From assembly GCF_009914755.1 (NCBI RefSeq), contig NC_060940.1: 64,000 nt of DNA; one strand, 5' to 3'. The stretch comes from the human T2T-CHM13v2.0 reference genome, Homo sapiens. A model generated the notes under the pieces. That model worked only from the letters and a program-made list of their open reading frames with translations. It was not told the origin of the DNA and searched no databases. This document shows positions 1-17,382 of this stretch, one piece after another. Position 1 is the first letter of the stretch. Each line of letters starts with the position of its first letter. A program made the translations under genes and the position numbers.

Positions 1-132
1 TTTTCTATTTTTTGTAGAGGCAAGGTCTCACTATGTTGCCCAGGCTGGTCTCAAACTCCTGGGCTCAAGCAATCCTCCTGTCTCTGCCTCCCAAAGTGCT
101 GGGATTACAGGTGTGCGCCATCGTGCCCAGCT
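1..132 (-). mobile_element. Alu left arm/FLAM (cut by window edge)
   Basis: Alu antisense consensus match. Confidence 0.85.
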
Positions 133-197
133 GAGGGGAATGTTTCTTAACCTTGGGTGCCTGAGTGTTCTAATGTGTGAAATGATGATATTATGGG

Positions 198-509
198 TTT
201 GGTTTTTGTTGTTGTTGTTGTTATTTTTGCAACAGTGTCTCCCTCTGTTGCCCACATTGGAGTTCATTGGCACGGTCATGGCTCACTGCAGCCTTGACCT
301 CTTACGCTCAAGGTATCCTTCTACTTCAGCCTCTTGAATAGCTGGGACTAGAGGTACATGCCACCACACCTGGCTAATTTTTGTATTTTTGTAGAGATGG
401 GGTTTTACCATGTTGCCCAGCCTGGTCTTGAACTCCTGGCCTCAAGCAGTCTTCCCACCTTGGCTTCACAAAGTGCTGAGATTACAGGCATGAGCCGCTG
501 CACCCAGCC
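198..509 (-). mobile_element. AluJ-like
   Basis: Full dimer, (GTT)n-derived tail. Confidence 0.85.
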
Positions 510-1641
510 AGAATGAGGATATTAATAACACTTAACTCATAGGTCTGTTGTAAAGATTAAATAAGGTGATTCTTACAGTGTTATTTGGCATACAATAAGG
601 GCTCAGTAAAATTTTATTTTTGCCTACGCAAAAAAGATTTAAACATTTTTTAAAGATTAAAAATGAAGGAAAACAAATATTTTTTGCTGTTTATTGAGTG
701 CTCATATGAAGCTAGGAGGTGGGACCCTAGGGAACAAGGACAAAGAAAACAATAGTTCATTCTGAAGAGAGAGGTTAAATTAAGATGAATTTCTCCATAA
801 GCCAGCAAGTACACTTTGAATATTTTTATACTGGGCTATATAACATAGAATTGAGAGAAGATTCATTTATTTAACCTGTGCTCCATAGACTTAACCATTA
901 GCTGTCACACTGAATATCACTAGAAGCCTTAAAATAAGGCAAATCAATCATACAGGTGAGAGCCAGTGGTGTACAGTATCCATTTGAGCCAGCTAGCGGC
1001 CATATTGAATTTTGAGAATGAGGTTCCGTTTTAGGGCTGTGTTCTTGTCATGCATGGCCTATATCAGATTGTGTTATAAAGTATAGCTGTTGGTGGTTAA
1101 TATTTGGCTTAATAACAGTGCCACACTTCTTTTATTCTTTAAGTTATATCAGCACTTCTTAGGTACTGCTGTATTTGTCCTTGGCTTTTTAGTAATTCCA
1201 TTATATACTCACTAGCCTATTATCTAAGGCAGAAAAAGAAGATATAATCTTAACTTCAGCTTGGGCAATTTGTCTGTGAGCTATAGTAAAACTTGTAAAT
1301 TTTACTCTTTATCTGGTAGGGGAAGATTTTGGAGAACAAAGTGGAGGTGGGGTATCTTTTTGCCACTTGCATCAGGAGATCACACTGAATCCCTCCTTCA
1401 TCAGCACTTCAGAGGATTTATAGAAATTCCATATAGCCATGCACTGTTTGTATGGACATAGCCCTTAATTTTCCTAATTTCTAGGTGACTGTTCTGGCTA
1501 AGGATGATAGAACCTAGGTCTCCAACCACTTAAATCCTTGTATCAGTGAAAGGAGAATTACTTGAGAGTGAAATTTATTTTGTTTTTGTTTTTTTTTTTC
1601 TTTTCTGACCAATGGATTCATGTCACAGAGAGTGAAATTTA

Positions 1642-2261
<620 letters not shown>

Positions 2262-3201
2262 GAGAGTGAAATTTAAAAATACATTTTTTTCTAAGAAGAA
2301 AGATGAACTTTCTATATTTGCCTTAGTTCTGAATTTGGATCTAAAACATGCCAGACAAGTACACCATTATAATAAATCATTCTCTCATAGTAGGTGTGAA
2401 GGGTGTACCACTGGGATTATCAGAGCTGAGAAGAATATAAACCATACATAGACAACATCAACGTAACATGTATTTTCTCTGGTAGACCGCTACCTTTGGG
2501 ATGATAAACACTAAAAGTACATATTTCAGAGTCCCCATTGGCCAGTCCAAATCATTTCCTGGGGTGAAAGTGGAGGTGGGGATGAAAGGCTGGATAGAGT
2601 TGAGGTGAGGCCTTACTCCTCCTTACATAGTCTTATAATTAGCCCAATTTCCAAAACAGCCTTCTGGCATTTCAAAGCAAATTCCACTAATTCTCAAAGT
2701 TCCCTTCTTTCTGTAGCCTACTCTTCAGAGTGTCCAACTGTAAACATAGCCTTAGCTTTAACTGCTAGTTTCTGTTTCACATCATCAACTTGTCCTGGTG
2801 CATAGATGAAGTGGTGTGTTGAAATCCTTTGAATAACATTAAAGCCCAATTTGACAACATAGCCAATATTCTTTGTTTTCTAGTGTTGTGGAAATGCTGT
2901 GAATAGCCACTTGGTAAAGCTTCTCTAATAAGTCCCCTAGTTCCCTCAGCCTAGGCCTTGCTCTCTCCCCACCCCTACCTCTTCTCTGCAGTGGTGGGAG
3001 TTGGTGGGAGAATGCGGCCCACCCGTGGGAGCAGGGTGCAGTACACTATGTTACCTCTCCACATCATGCTAGTTCCCTAGCCACACCTACTTGTCTTCCT
3101 GCCACTAGATCATAGTGCAAAATCAGCAGGAGCTTTTTTTCTTTCCATTAAAAAAAAATTGAGGTAATACATATATACAGTAAAGTATATAAAGTATATG
3201 A

Positions 3202-4650
<1,449 letters not shown>

Positions 4651-4655
4651 TGTCT

Positions 4656-4660
<5 letters not shown>

Positions 4661-4739
<79 letters not shown>
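4661..4739. repeat. Compound microsatellite (TC)18(TA)13(T)17
   Basis: Seen directly. Confidence 0.95.
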
Positions 4740-4957
4740 GAGATAGGGTCTTGCTATGTTGCCCAGGCTGGGCTTGAACTCCTGGGCTCAAGCAGTCCTC
4801 CTGCCTTAGCCCCATGATTAGCTGGGATTATGCACACGAGCCACTGCACCTATAGTTCCAGCTACTCAGGACTCCGAGGTGGGAGGATCTCTTGAGCCCA
4901 GGGGTTTGAGGTTGTTATGAGTAGCTGGAACTTTAGGTGCGTGCCACCACACCCAGC
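4723..4957. mobile_element. Rearranged Alu monomer composite (-/+/-)
   Basis: Antisense FLAM-like piece, ~75-bp sense piece, then antisense 5' piece. Confidence 0.75.
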
Positions 4958-5012
4958 AAGGCTTTATATATTTTTATGTCTACTTTTCAATGTAGAAAAT
5001 ATTGTGGAAGGA

Positions 5013-5290
5013 GGCTAGGCGAGGTGGCTCACCTCAGCACTTTGGGAGGCCGAGGTGGGCGGATCACAAGATCAGGAGACCAGACCATCCTGTCTAACAC
5101 CGTGAAACCCCGTCTCTGCTAAAAATACAAAATTAGCCAGGCATAGTGGCGGGCGCCTGTAGTGCCAGCTACTCGGGAAGCTGACGCAGGAGAATCTCTT
5201 GAATCTGGAGGCGGAGGTTGCAATGAGCCGAGATCACGCCACTGCACTACAGCCTGGTCAACAGAGTGAGACTCCATCTCAAAAAAAAAA
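5013..5290 (+). mobile_element. AluSc/Y-like
   Basis: Dimer with small 5' deletion; TSD attgtggaa. Confidence 0.88.
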
Positions 5291-5483
5291 GAATTGTGGA
5301 AAGATTTTGGTTCAGTCTCTTTTATTTAAGGAACAATTTAGGAGTTTTTGTACTCCTAGAAATTTAATCTTAACACGTTGTTAAATTACCAATCATTCCA
5401 AATGTTTTTCCATCTGTTTCCTCTTATGTGGTCCAATGTCAATGTTGACAATAACTTGTGGATTGTTACATGTCATTGCATTT

Positions 5484-5797
5484 CTTTTTTCTTTTCCTTT
5501 TTTTTTTTTTTTTTTTTTGCGGAGTCTTGCTCTGTTGCCCAGGCTGGAGTATAGTGGTGTGGTCTCAGCTCATTGCAACCTCTGCCTTCCGGGTTCAAGC
5601 AATTCTCCTGCCTCAGCCCCCTGAGTAGCTGGGATTACAGGCATGCACCACGACACCTGGCTAATTTTTGTATTTTTAGTAGAGACGGGTTTTTGCCATG
5701 TTGGCTAGGCTGGTCTCGACCTCCTGACCTCAGGTGATCCACCTGCCTCGGCCTCCAAAAATGCTGGAATTACAGGCGTGAGCCACTGCACCCAGCC
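5484..5797 (-). mobile_element. AluS
   Basis: TSD attgcatttctt. Confidence 0.9.
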
Positions 5798-6044
5798 ATT
5801 GCATTTCTTAAAACTTCTCTTAAAATATAACATATTTTCTGTTTAGTAATATGTTCCTGATATTACTATTACTGTGCCCAAGATAATGAATTGGTCATTG
5901 GGATGTTACTTGGCAAATTGAATTAAATCAAAAGGGATTATTAAATGCATCTTTTTGGGTATTTCCTTTTGCGATTGCCTAGAGAATTAATCTGATCTGC
6001 TGTAGACCACACTCCTTTCTCACATATGCCTGATGCCTGATTTG

Positions 6045-6247
6045 GAATGCTCCAGAATTCAAAACGTTTTGAGCACTGACATGACACACTCAAAGGAAAT
6101 GCTCATTGGAGCATTTTAGATTTTAGGATTAGGGATGCTCAACCAGTATATATTCTGCAAATACTCCAAACTCTAAAAAAATTCAAAATCTGAAAAACCC
6201 CAAAGCATTTCTGTCCCAAGTGTTTCAGATAAGAGATACTCAACCTA
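6045..6247. mobile_element. Tigger4a (MER46-like) DNA transposon
   Basis: gacatgacacactcaaaggaaatgctcattggagcattt...gtcccaag...gataagagatactcaacct. Confidence 0.7.
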
Positions 6248-6261
6248 TGTCTTCTCTTTCT

Positions 6262-6436
6262 TTGGCAATGTCTGGAGACACTTTTGGTTGTTAGAACTGG
6301 CTGGGGAGGGGATTATTATGGCATGTAGTAGACGCCCAGGATACTACCAGGCATCATAAAATGCACAGGATGGCCACCTACAACAAAGAAGATGTGGCTC
6401 AAAATGGCAGTAAGGCCCTTGTTGAAACACCTTGTT
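6262..6436. mobile_element. MER20 hAT DNA transposon fragment
   Basis: tggcaatgtctggagacacttttggttg...aatgcacagga...caacaaagaa. Confidence 0.7.
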
Positions 6437-6482
6437 CTAGAACCCACGTGGGCCATTCTGTTTCTCTCAAATGTGTTAAATC

Positions 6483-6599
6483 CAGGGCTGCCACATATAA
6501 TTATGCAGGTTGTTCACTGCTGTATAAACTCCTAGGGGCCTCATTATATGAATGGCATGCCCTGGAGTTGTATAATATACAACCTATGTAGTCATCCTG
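6483..6599. mobile_element. MER91-like hAT MITE
   Basis: cagggctgccacatat...tgcaggttgttcactgc...caacctatgtagtcatcctg with imperfect terminal inverted repeats. Confidence 0.5.
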
Positions 6600-6633
6600 C
6601 TGGCCCTAACTAAATTCTAGCCTATCTCATACC

Positions 6634-7170
<537 letters not shown>

Positions 7171-7302
7171 TAATATTTCATGTTCCTTGCTAATATTTAT
7201 TTCTCCTCCAAAGGGATCAGAAGAGAAAATGAAGTGTTTTTTTTTTAAATACTTGGTTGCTCCTGAATCACTTCAGGAAGCCTCAGATTTGCAGGTCTTG
7301 TT

Positions 7303-7436
7303 ATTTCTTTTTTTTTATTTTGATTTTTTTTAGAGACCAGTACCCAGACTGGTCTCAAACTCCTGGCCTCAAATGATCCTCCTGCCTTGGCTGCTCAAAG
7401 TACTGGAACTACAGGCGTGAGCCACCGCACTGGGCT
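7303..7436 (-). mobile_element. Degenerate Alu monomer
   Basis: Left-arm antisense match. Confidence 0.75.
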
Positions 7437-8038
7437 GAAGTTACATCTTCTTTGTATGTGGCTCTCATTTGGATCCCCAGTTTGGGTCGGAAATCCTTGG
7501 TGGAAAAACAATTTATGTCCACCTCTGCCCATAGTAACACCCAAATACTCTCTGAATTCTAATTTAGTTTCCTGTTTTTGTCAATTTCTAAGTCATATAA
7601 ATTCCTGGGTTATTTGGTTGCTCTTTCTAATGCTCAAAATTCTTTATCTTGAAAACACTTATTTTTTTTTTCTTAATCCTGGGGATGGGACATTAATGTA
7701 GTCCAGTTCAGAAACATTAATTGAGTAGCCACTGAGTGGTTGGGTTCTGTGACTGTAGCTGGAAACAGGAGCATGAAAAAGCAATGGTCTCTTCCTGCAA
7801 GGAGCTTATCATTTAGAGGGAGAGGTCAACTCATAGACAAATTGCATTGGTAAGAAGCCCGGCCCATGGAGGGAGAGGCCTGTATGGAGTATTGTGAGGC
7901 ACAGAAGAAATGGTCATGTCTGTCCTTTTTCTTCTCCAAACCCTGCAGTTGAGTGTGGCAGTGTGCTACAAGGCTACATCCGTTCCTCATCATCATCACA
8001 GCACAACAGGTCCGTTTTTGAAAAAATAGCTTTTGTAG

Positions 8039-8504
<466 letters not shown>

Positions 8505-8814
8505 TCACATATTTTTAAAGAAGAAATTTTCATCAAAACTCAGGATCAAATGAAATGCTCCCTGCTGAGTCTGCCTAGGCTGGCATCAGTGTAGTTCAAT
8601 TCAACAAACATTTATATTAATATAAATGGAAATACTAATATGGCCAGAATTGAAGGTTGAAATCCAGACTAAGTAACTATTTTTCCTTTCCCGTTTCTCT
8701 TTTTCTTTCTCACATCAATTTTTTGATGGCTATAACTTATTACTGATATAATAAGGGGAAGGGAAAAGTCTATAGATTGAACTATACTTCCTACTTATAT
8801 TAGACAGTTTGGAT

Positions 8815-9108
8815 TTTTTTTTTTCAAGCTAGGATCTTGCTCTGTTGCCCAGGCTAGAGTGCAGTGGTGCCATCACTGGCTCACTAGAGCTTCCACCTCC
8901 TGGCCTCAAGCCATCATCCCACCTCAGCCTCCCGAGTAGCTAGGACTGTAGGCATGCATCACCATGCCCAGCTAATTTTTTTATTTTTTGTAGATGTGGG
9001 GTCTCACTATGTTGCCCAGGCTGTTCTCAAACTCCTGAGCTCAAGTGATCTGCCTGTGTCAGCCTCTCAAAGTGTTGGGATCACAGATGTGAACCACCAC
9101 ACCTGGCC
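8815..9108 (-). mobile_element. AluJ-like
   Basis: Full dimer. Confidence 0.85.
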
Positions 9109-9329
9109 CAGAAAAATATTTAAAAGTATGAAAAAGAAAATAATCACCTATAATTTCACTTTGGAGTAACTACTCTTTGTTTACATTTTGATGTATTTTC
9201 TTCAAGCTTTTTTTTTCTTTCTCAGAATTGTAATTACACTGTATGTATATATACTGCTTTTTTTTTTCTTGGTTAACATTATTTGTAAGTACTTTCCTAT
9301 GTCATTAAATATTTCTTTGTTGTTGTTAG

Positions 9330-9459
9330 TTTTTTTTTAAATAGAAATGGTGTGTCACTATGTTGCCCAGGCTGGACTCCAACACCTGGGCTCAAGTGAT
9401 CCTCCTGCCTCGGCCTCCCAAAGTGTTAGGATTACAGGCGTGAACTACCATGCCTGGCC
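9330..9459 (-). mobile_element. FLAM/Alu left monomer
   Basis: Monomer; TSD tatttctt. Confidence 0.8.
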
Positions 9460-9715
9460 TATTTCTTGAAAATATAATATTGACTGTGTTATAATCTAAT
9501 TATATAACTACCTGAATTTATTATACTTTTATTTAATTATCTCTGGGAACATATTGTTTAATTAGGTTGTTTCCAGTTTATTACTGATTATGACAAGTGT
9601 TCTGTTGATTATTCTTACATATAACTCCTTTTGATGATTCTTTGGTTCTTTCCTTGGGATTGGTTTCTACAAGGGAAGTTATTAGGTCAACATATACTTC
9701 TTGATATTTAGCACC

Positions 9716-10005
9716 GGCGGGTGCAGTGACTCATGCCTGTAATCCTAGCACTTCGAGAGGCTGAGGCAGGCAGGTCACTTGAGCCCAGGAGTTCAAGACC
9801 AGCCTGGACAACATGACGAAACCCCATCTCTACACAAAAATACAAAAATTAGCTGGGGGTGTGGTGGCAGGCACCTATGGTCCTAGCTACTCAGGAGGCT
9901 GAGGTGGGAAGATCACCTGAGCCCGGGAGGTCAAGGCTGCAGTGAGCCATGATTGTGCCACTGTACTCCAGCCTAGGTGACAGAGTGAGACCCTGTCTCA
10001 AAAAA
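9716..10005 (+). mobile_element. AluJ-like
   Basis: gagcccaggagttcaagacc, gaggtcaaggctgcagtgagccatg. Confidence 0.88.
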
Positions 10006-10910
10006 CACATTTTTTAAATTTAATTTTAAAAGATACTTAGTGCCAAGCTGTCCTCCAGAAATGTACAGTCTTTTCAGCAGTGAATTAAACTGCTAATATC
10101 TCATAGAGAAAAACTATTTCATGGCTTCAGACTAAATGTTTTTCGGGTTTTGTTTTGCCTTTTTTCTTTCTCTTCTGACACCTTTGGTATAAACTAAATG
10201 TTTAACCCTGACCAGCCATCTCCAAAATGTGCAGCTTTGCTCCCAGAATCAAGGAACCTGTCAGGGGAGGTGGGTGGGTGGAAGAGGGGAGAGAGGGACT
10301 GAGGGATACATGACTCAGTGTGAACCCTTTGCTTCCCTGGAAGAGCAACTCAGAGCTGGTGGTGTCATCATGACGTACAAAGAACAGTACTTCTTAATTA
10401 TTTTTAGAGGCAGAATGTAGCCTTGTAATCAGCAAGCTAAGACAAGTTCCAGTTTACTCTAGGCCAGAGACTTCTAAAAGTCAGAACAAAAATAGCCAGA
10501 TTCATGTTGCTCCATCTGAAGAGTTTGCTTTTAGGAGAGATCAGGAATTCATATTTTGAATGAGGACTGAGGGGTGAGAATTAAGTCTCTGATCTCTTCT
10601 GTCGTATGCCACGGTAAGTAGAGTGACCCCCAGGAATCCTGAGGCAAAGCAGCTCCTCAGATTACTCTATATTCTAGGAAAAGGGTGAGTCCTAGGCTTT
10701 ACGGGGTGTTTCCGGCTGTAAAACACCCTGATTCAATGTGCTTTGTCAACTCTTTTCCATGTCACCTGCTTGATTTTTGTGTTTTAGTTTAGCAATCACT
10801 TTACCCCTTCAGTTCATCCAAGTGATGAGTATCACATGGCCCCAGGTCTCTAATGGTTCATGCAGCTCCAGAATGAAGCCATAATCCAATTTTAGAAAAC
10901 GTATCATCTG

Positions 10911-11184
<274 letters not shown>

Positions 11185-11629
11185 CTATAATCTGTCTAGA
11201 GTGGAGAAAATTCAGCCCCAAATTCTGCTCTGACAGATACCTTCTTCCAGCCAGTTGGAGAAAACAAAGGAAAACTGAATAATTGGATTTATCTAGCAGG
11301 CTACGGTGAGTTCCAATTGGCTTCACCTGGTAATTAAGATGAGGGAGAAAGTTTTAAACAGCTGCATATTTTATAGGCTGGCCATACCACAATTGACATC
11401 ATTTATTCAACCATTTTTCTGTGGATGGGTATCCATTTTTTTCTATTTTTTTTCCTATGATATACAGCTCTGCAATATAAATTCTCATCTATGTGTGCTA
11501 ATAAAAATATATTTTTATATGTGTATATCTTGTATACATGTACATGTTAAAGTGCTAGAACCTTTATTTCTTTTGGGTTGATATTCACCAAAGTGGAATT
11601 ACTGGGTCATAGGCTATTTAAATTTTAAA

Positions 11630-11957
<328 letters not shown>

Positions 11958-12159
11958 TTTAAATTGTTTATATACTAACAGATCTTTTCCTAAAATTTTA
12001 AGTGACATGGGGCTTTTTAAGCCATCTGCTATGTCTTTTGTCAAGTAAAGAAAAATATCTTTTGAAAACTGTGTTTGTTCAAAGTGAATGGATGAAGAAA
12101 GTCCTTTGATATTATTTTGTTGTTTGTCCTGAGTGCATTGTGGGAAAAGAATTTGTTTT

Positions 12160-12330
12160 TGTGGGTTTCATTTGTATTTTCCTGGTGACTAATTATACTG
12201 AGCAACTTTTCATATGCTTATTTTCTATTCATGTATCTCTTTTGTGAAGTAACTGTTGAGATCTTTTTGCATTTTTTAATTGGGCTAATTATCTTCTTAT
12301 TACTGAGTTGCGAGGGTTCTTTATATGTAG
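12160..12330 (-). mobile_element. L1M fragment
   Basis: tttgtattttcctggtgactaat...gagcaacttttcatatgcttatt...tttgtgaagt. Confidence 0.55.
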
Positions 12331-12770
12331 TGGAACCTCTCTTGACCCCACATCTCCTTCTAACTGTCACCCTAGTTATCTGGTCTCCTCCAGAGTAAAA
12401 TTCTTGGAAAAGCTGTCTGCCTTGCTGCCTCCACTTTCTCCCTCCCCATTCTCTTCCCAGGACACTCTAATGGGTCTTTCATCCCCAACATTCCTTTATC
12501 TGCCTAAATATTGACAAGCCAGTGATCAGTTATTCCTCCTCATATGACTCGACTTTCCAGTAGCACTTGATATGTTTGACCACCCCTGCTTTTTGAAACG
12601 CCTTCTTCTCCAGGCCTTCCTGACAATTGACTTGCCTTTTTCTCCTGCCGCCTCAGAGCTGCTTTTCTTCAGTTTTCTTTGCTGGCTCCTCCCCCACTAA
12701 CAGATCTCTCAAGTTTGGAGTCCCCCAGGGCTCTGCCCTTGGTCCTCTTCTCTCTTCCATGCACATAGTG
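12330..12770. mobile_element. L2 LINE fragment
   Basis: Pyrimidine-rich L2 phrases (ttgaccacccctgctttttgaaac; tggagtcccccagggctctgcccttggtcctcttctc). Confidence 0.6.
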
Positions 12771-12980
12771 CTACTCAAGACATTAACTTTTATGAAGCCC
12801 ATTTTATAAGTGTTTTTAATAGAAAAAAATCCTAAGAAATTTTTGTTTACCCATTTTCTCCCATTTTTTCTTCTAGAATGTTAATGATCTTAGCTTTTAT
12901 GTTTCAGTCTATGACCTGTTTCAATTTTTCAATTTAATTTTTGTGTTTGGTGAATAGTTAGAGTTTAAGTTCTCTCTCTC

Positions 12981-13450
12981 TTTTTTTTTTTTTTTTTTTT
13001 TGAGACAGGGTCTCATTTGCTCTGTCTCCCAGGCTGAAGTACAGTGTTACAATCACAGCTCACTGCAGCCTGAAACTCCAGGGCTCAAGTGGTCCTCCCA
13101 CCCAGTCTCCCAAGTAGCTAGGACTACAGGTGTGTGCCACCACGTACAGCTAATTTGTTTTTTGGTTGTGGGGGGACCGGATGTCACTCTGTCTTCCAGG
13201 CTAGAGTGCAAAGCCATGATCACAGCTCACTGCACCTCGACCTCGCAGCCTCAGGTGATCCTCCCTCTTCAGTTTCCCAAGTATGGGACTACAGGTGCAT
13301 GCCAACACACCTGGCTAATTTTTGTATATTTTGTGGGAATGGGTTTTCACCATGTTGCCCAGCTGGTCTTGAACTCCTGGGCACAAGTGATCTGCCCACC
13401 TTGGCCTCCCAAAGTGCTAGGATTACAGGCATGAGCTACCACGCCCAGCC
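12981..13450 (-). mobile_element. AluJ right arm plus AluJ dimer (tandem)
   Basis: Two right arms then one left arm. Confidence 0.82.
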
Positions 13451-13579
13451 CATGATTCTTAATCTCCATTTTTGGCTTAATAGCTCTACTTCTGTTTAAT
13501 TTTTAAATTTTCATTCTAGGACTTTACACATATATTAGATTTTTTTGTTCTTGTTCTTGTTCTACAAGAACAGGCTCTG

Positions 13580-14170
13580 TTCAATTTTTTTTTTTCAATC
13601 TTTTTCTCTCTCTTTTTCAGATTTAATAGTTTCAACTGATCTATCTTTAGGTACATGGACTCTTTCCTCTGTCATTGCCATTTCACTGTTTAACTCATCC
13701 AGTGAATATTTTATTTTCGATATTGTATTTTGCATTTCTAGAATTTGTAGTTGGTCCCTTTCTCTTTTTTTGTTGAGATTTCCTCTCTTTTTGTTCATTA
13801 GAAGTGTATTTTCCTTTATTTCATTAAGCATAGTTATAATAGCTGCTTTAAAATCCTTATCTGATAACTAAAATATCTGGGTCATTTCAGTGTTGGCCAC
13901 TGTTGATTGTCTTTTTCCTTGAAAATGGTTTATATTTTCACATAATTAGAAGTTTTGGATTCTGTACTAGACATTATGAATATTATGTTGCAGAAACTGT
14001 GGTTTCTGATATAATACCCTGAACAGTGTTAAATTTTTGTTTCAACAGGCAATTAACGTAGGCTGAAATGGCAAACTTTGTCATGCCTGTGGTGGGCAGC
14101 AGCTCAAATCTCAGTTCAGTTCTTTTAGCCTTAGCTGCTGCTTTGAGTCTACTCTATGCATGGTGAATTT
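13580..14170 (-). mobile_element. Old L1M 5'/ORF1 fragment
   Basis: ORF 13595-13831 (QILEMQNTISKIKYSLDELNSEMAMTEERV) resembles the L1 ORF1p coiled coil. Confidence 0.7.
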
Positions 14171-14344
14171 TAGCACATTTTTCTGAGATCCAAGAGATAA
14201 AATAGGGGACTGTATTCACCCACCTGAATCTTTATCTTATTCATGATCTTCGTCCTGCTTGTTTTCTGCTTTGGAGTACATAAAATTAAAAGAGATGAAA
14301 TCTTATTCTCTCTCTTTTTCTCTCTTTCTCGCTCTGTGTGTGTG

Positions 14345-15085
<741 letters not shown>

Positions 15086-15395
15086 TAATGGATTTGGAGT
15101 TTATGTTGATTTTATAAAATGGGAGCCATTGAAAGACTTTAAGGAGGAAAGAAGTAATAATAATTATATTCTGGCAAAATTACTTCGGTCACTCTGTGAA
15201 GGATGACTTAGAATGGGACAAGACTTGAAGCAGAGAGACCTATTAGGATGTTGTTGGGGCAAGAGATGATGGTAGATCTCGAACAAAGGCTTACACGTGA
15301 TAAAGACAGAAAAAAGATGTCCCCAGATAGGAAAGAAAGCATAAGAACAAAACAGAAGTGGGATGTATATGGTGAGAATGAAGAACTGAGACTTA

Positions 15396-16125
<730 letters not shown>

Positions 16126-16599
16126 AAAAGAAAGGAGAGCCTGGAGCCGGAGAGAAAGCTGGGAGGTGGTTGTGGTATTCCTTGACACAAAGAGATGAGG
16201 ATTTTGGTTAGAGGAATGGCTGTGAAAATGGTGAGAAAATGTGAATACTATAGGCAATTCAGAGGAATAAATGAGAGACCATCATCCTTTTTTTTTTAAA
16301 CATTTAGTGAAAACGGGGTTATAATCCACCCAGCAACTATTCTCACAGAACTATTGAGAGGCTCAAATAAAGTAATATATATGAAATCGCTTATAAATAT
16401 ATGAGTATCATCACAGAGATCTATTTATCACTATATTTAGTCTTCTAGTAGGGTTGCCAGATATCAAAGTGGGGAGGTGGGACCATCTACAGTGGCAGCC
16501 ACTGGGCAGGTAAATAAGAATTCGACATATGGACTTAACTTTGAATGCATTTTAGTTTTCTTTAACAGAAGTGCTATCTGTGACCCTGGAGTCATAACT

Positions 16600-16800
16600 A
16601 ACTGGGTTTTGATCTCGACTCTAACCTTTAGTAGCATGGACAAGTTATATAACTTCTTTGTTCCTTATCTGTAAAGTGGGGATAATTCTATTAAATATCT
16701 GATAGGATGGTAATGAAATTAAATAAGATAATTTATGTTAAGTGTTCAGAACCAGTGTCTTTCATGGTAAGGGGTGAATAAATGTTGGTTGCTATTTTTT
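16600..16800 (+). mobile_element. MIR SINE
   Basis: ggacaagttatataacttctttgttccttatctgtaaagtggggataat core. Confidence 0.55.
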
Positions 16801-17074
16801 TGTTGTTATTTTTGAATGAATACCTCATATTGCTGCATTATGCCAAGGCAAAAGCCAACCCTAGTAAGTAGCCCTTCAGTTGAGTAAAATGTGCGATCAT
16901 CCTGTTCTACTCCAGAGAAAAATCCAAGTACATGTATTTGTTTCTGTGACAGCCGTTCCTTGTTTGCTTTTCAACAGAGATTCTTTGGAAATTACTCATC
17001 TTTCCAAGTCATTCTTATGTCCTTTTTCCCTCTCAAATCAAGCTTTGTATTCTATGTTAAAAAAGCAGAAATCT

Positions 17075-17382
17075 GGCCGGGCACGGTGGCTCACACCTGT
17101 AATCCCAGCACTTTAGGAGGCCAAGGCAGGTGGACCACCTGAGGTCAGGAGTTCAAGACCAGTTTGACCAATATAGTGAAACCCCGTCTCTACTAGAAAT
17201 ACAAAAATTAGCTGGGCGTGGTGGCTCGCGCCTGTAGTCCCAACTACTCTGGAGGCTGAGGCAGGAGAATCGCTTGAATCCGGAAGGCGTAGGTTGCAGT
17301 GAGCCAAGATGCGCCATTGCACTCCAGCCCGGGTGACAGAGGGAGACTCTGTCTCAAAAAAAAAAGAAAAGAAAAAAGAAAA
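17075..17382 (+). mobile_element. AluS
   Basis: Full dimer with A tail. Confidence 0.9.

Noticed and set aside
13595-13831. 78-aa coiled-coil-like ORF
   Set aside because: Degenerate L1 ORF1 fragment
16449-16590. Possible hAT-type MITE (tagggttgccagat...atctgtgaccctg)
   Set aside because: The terminal inverted repeat is imperfect and no TSD is visible; too weak to call
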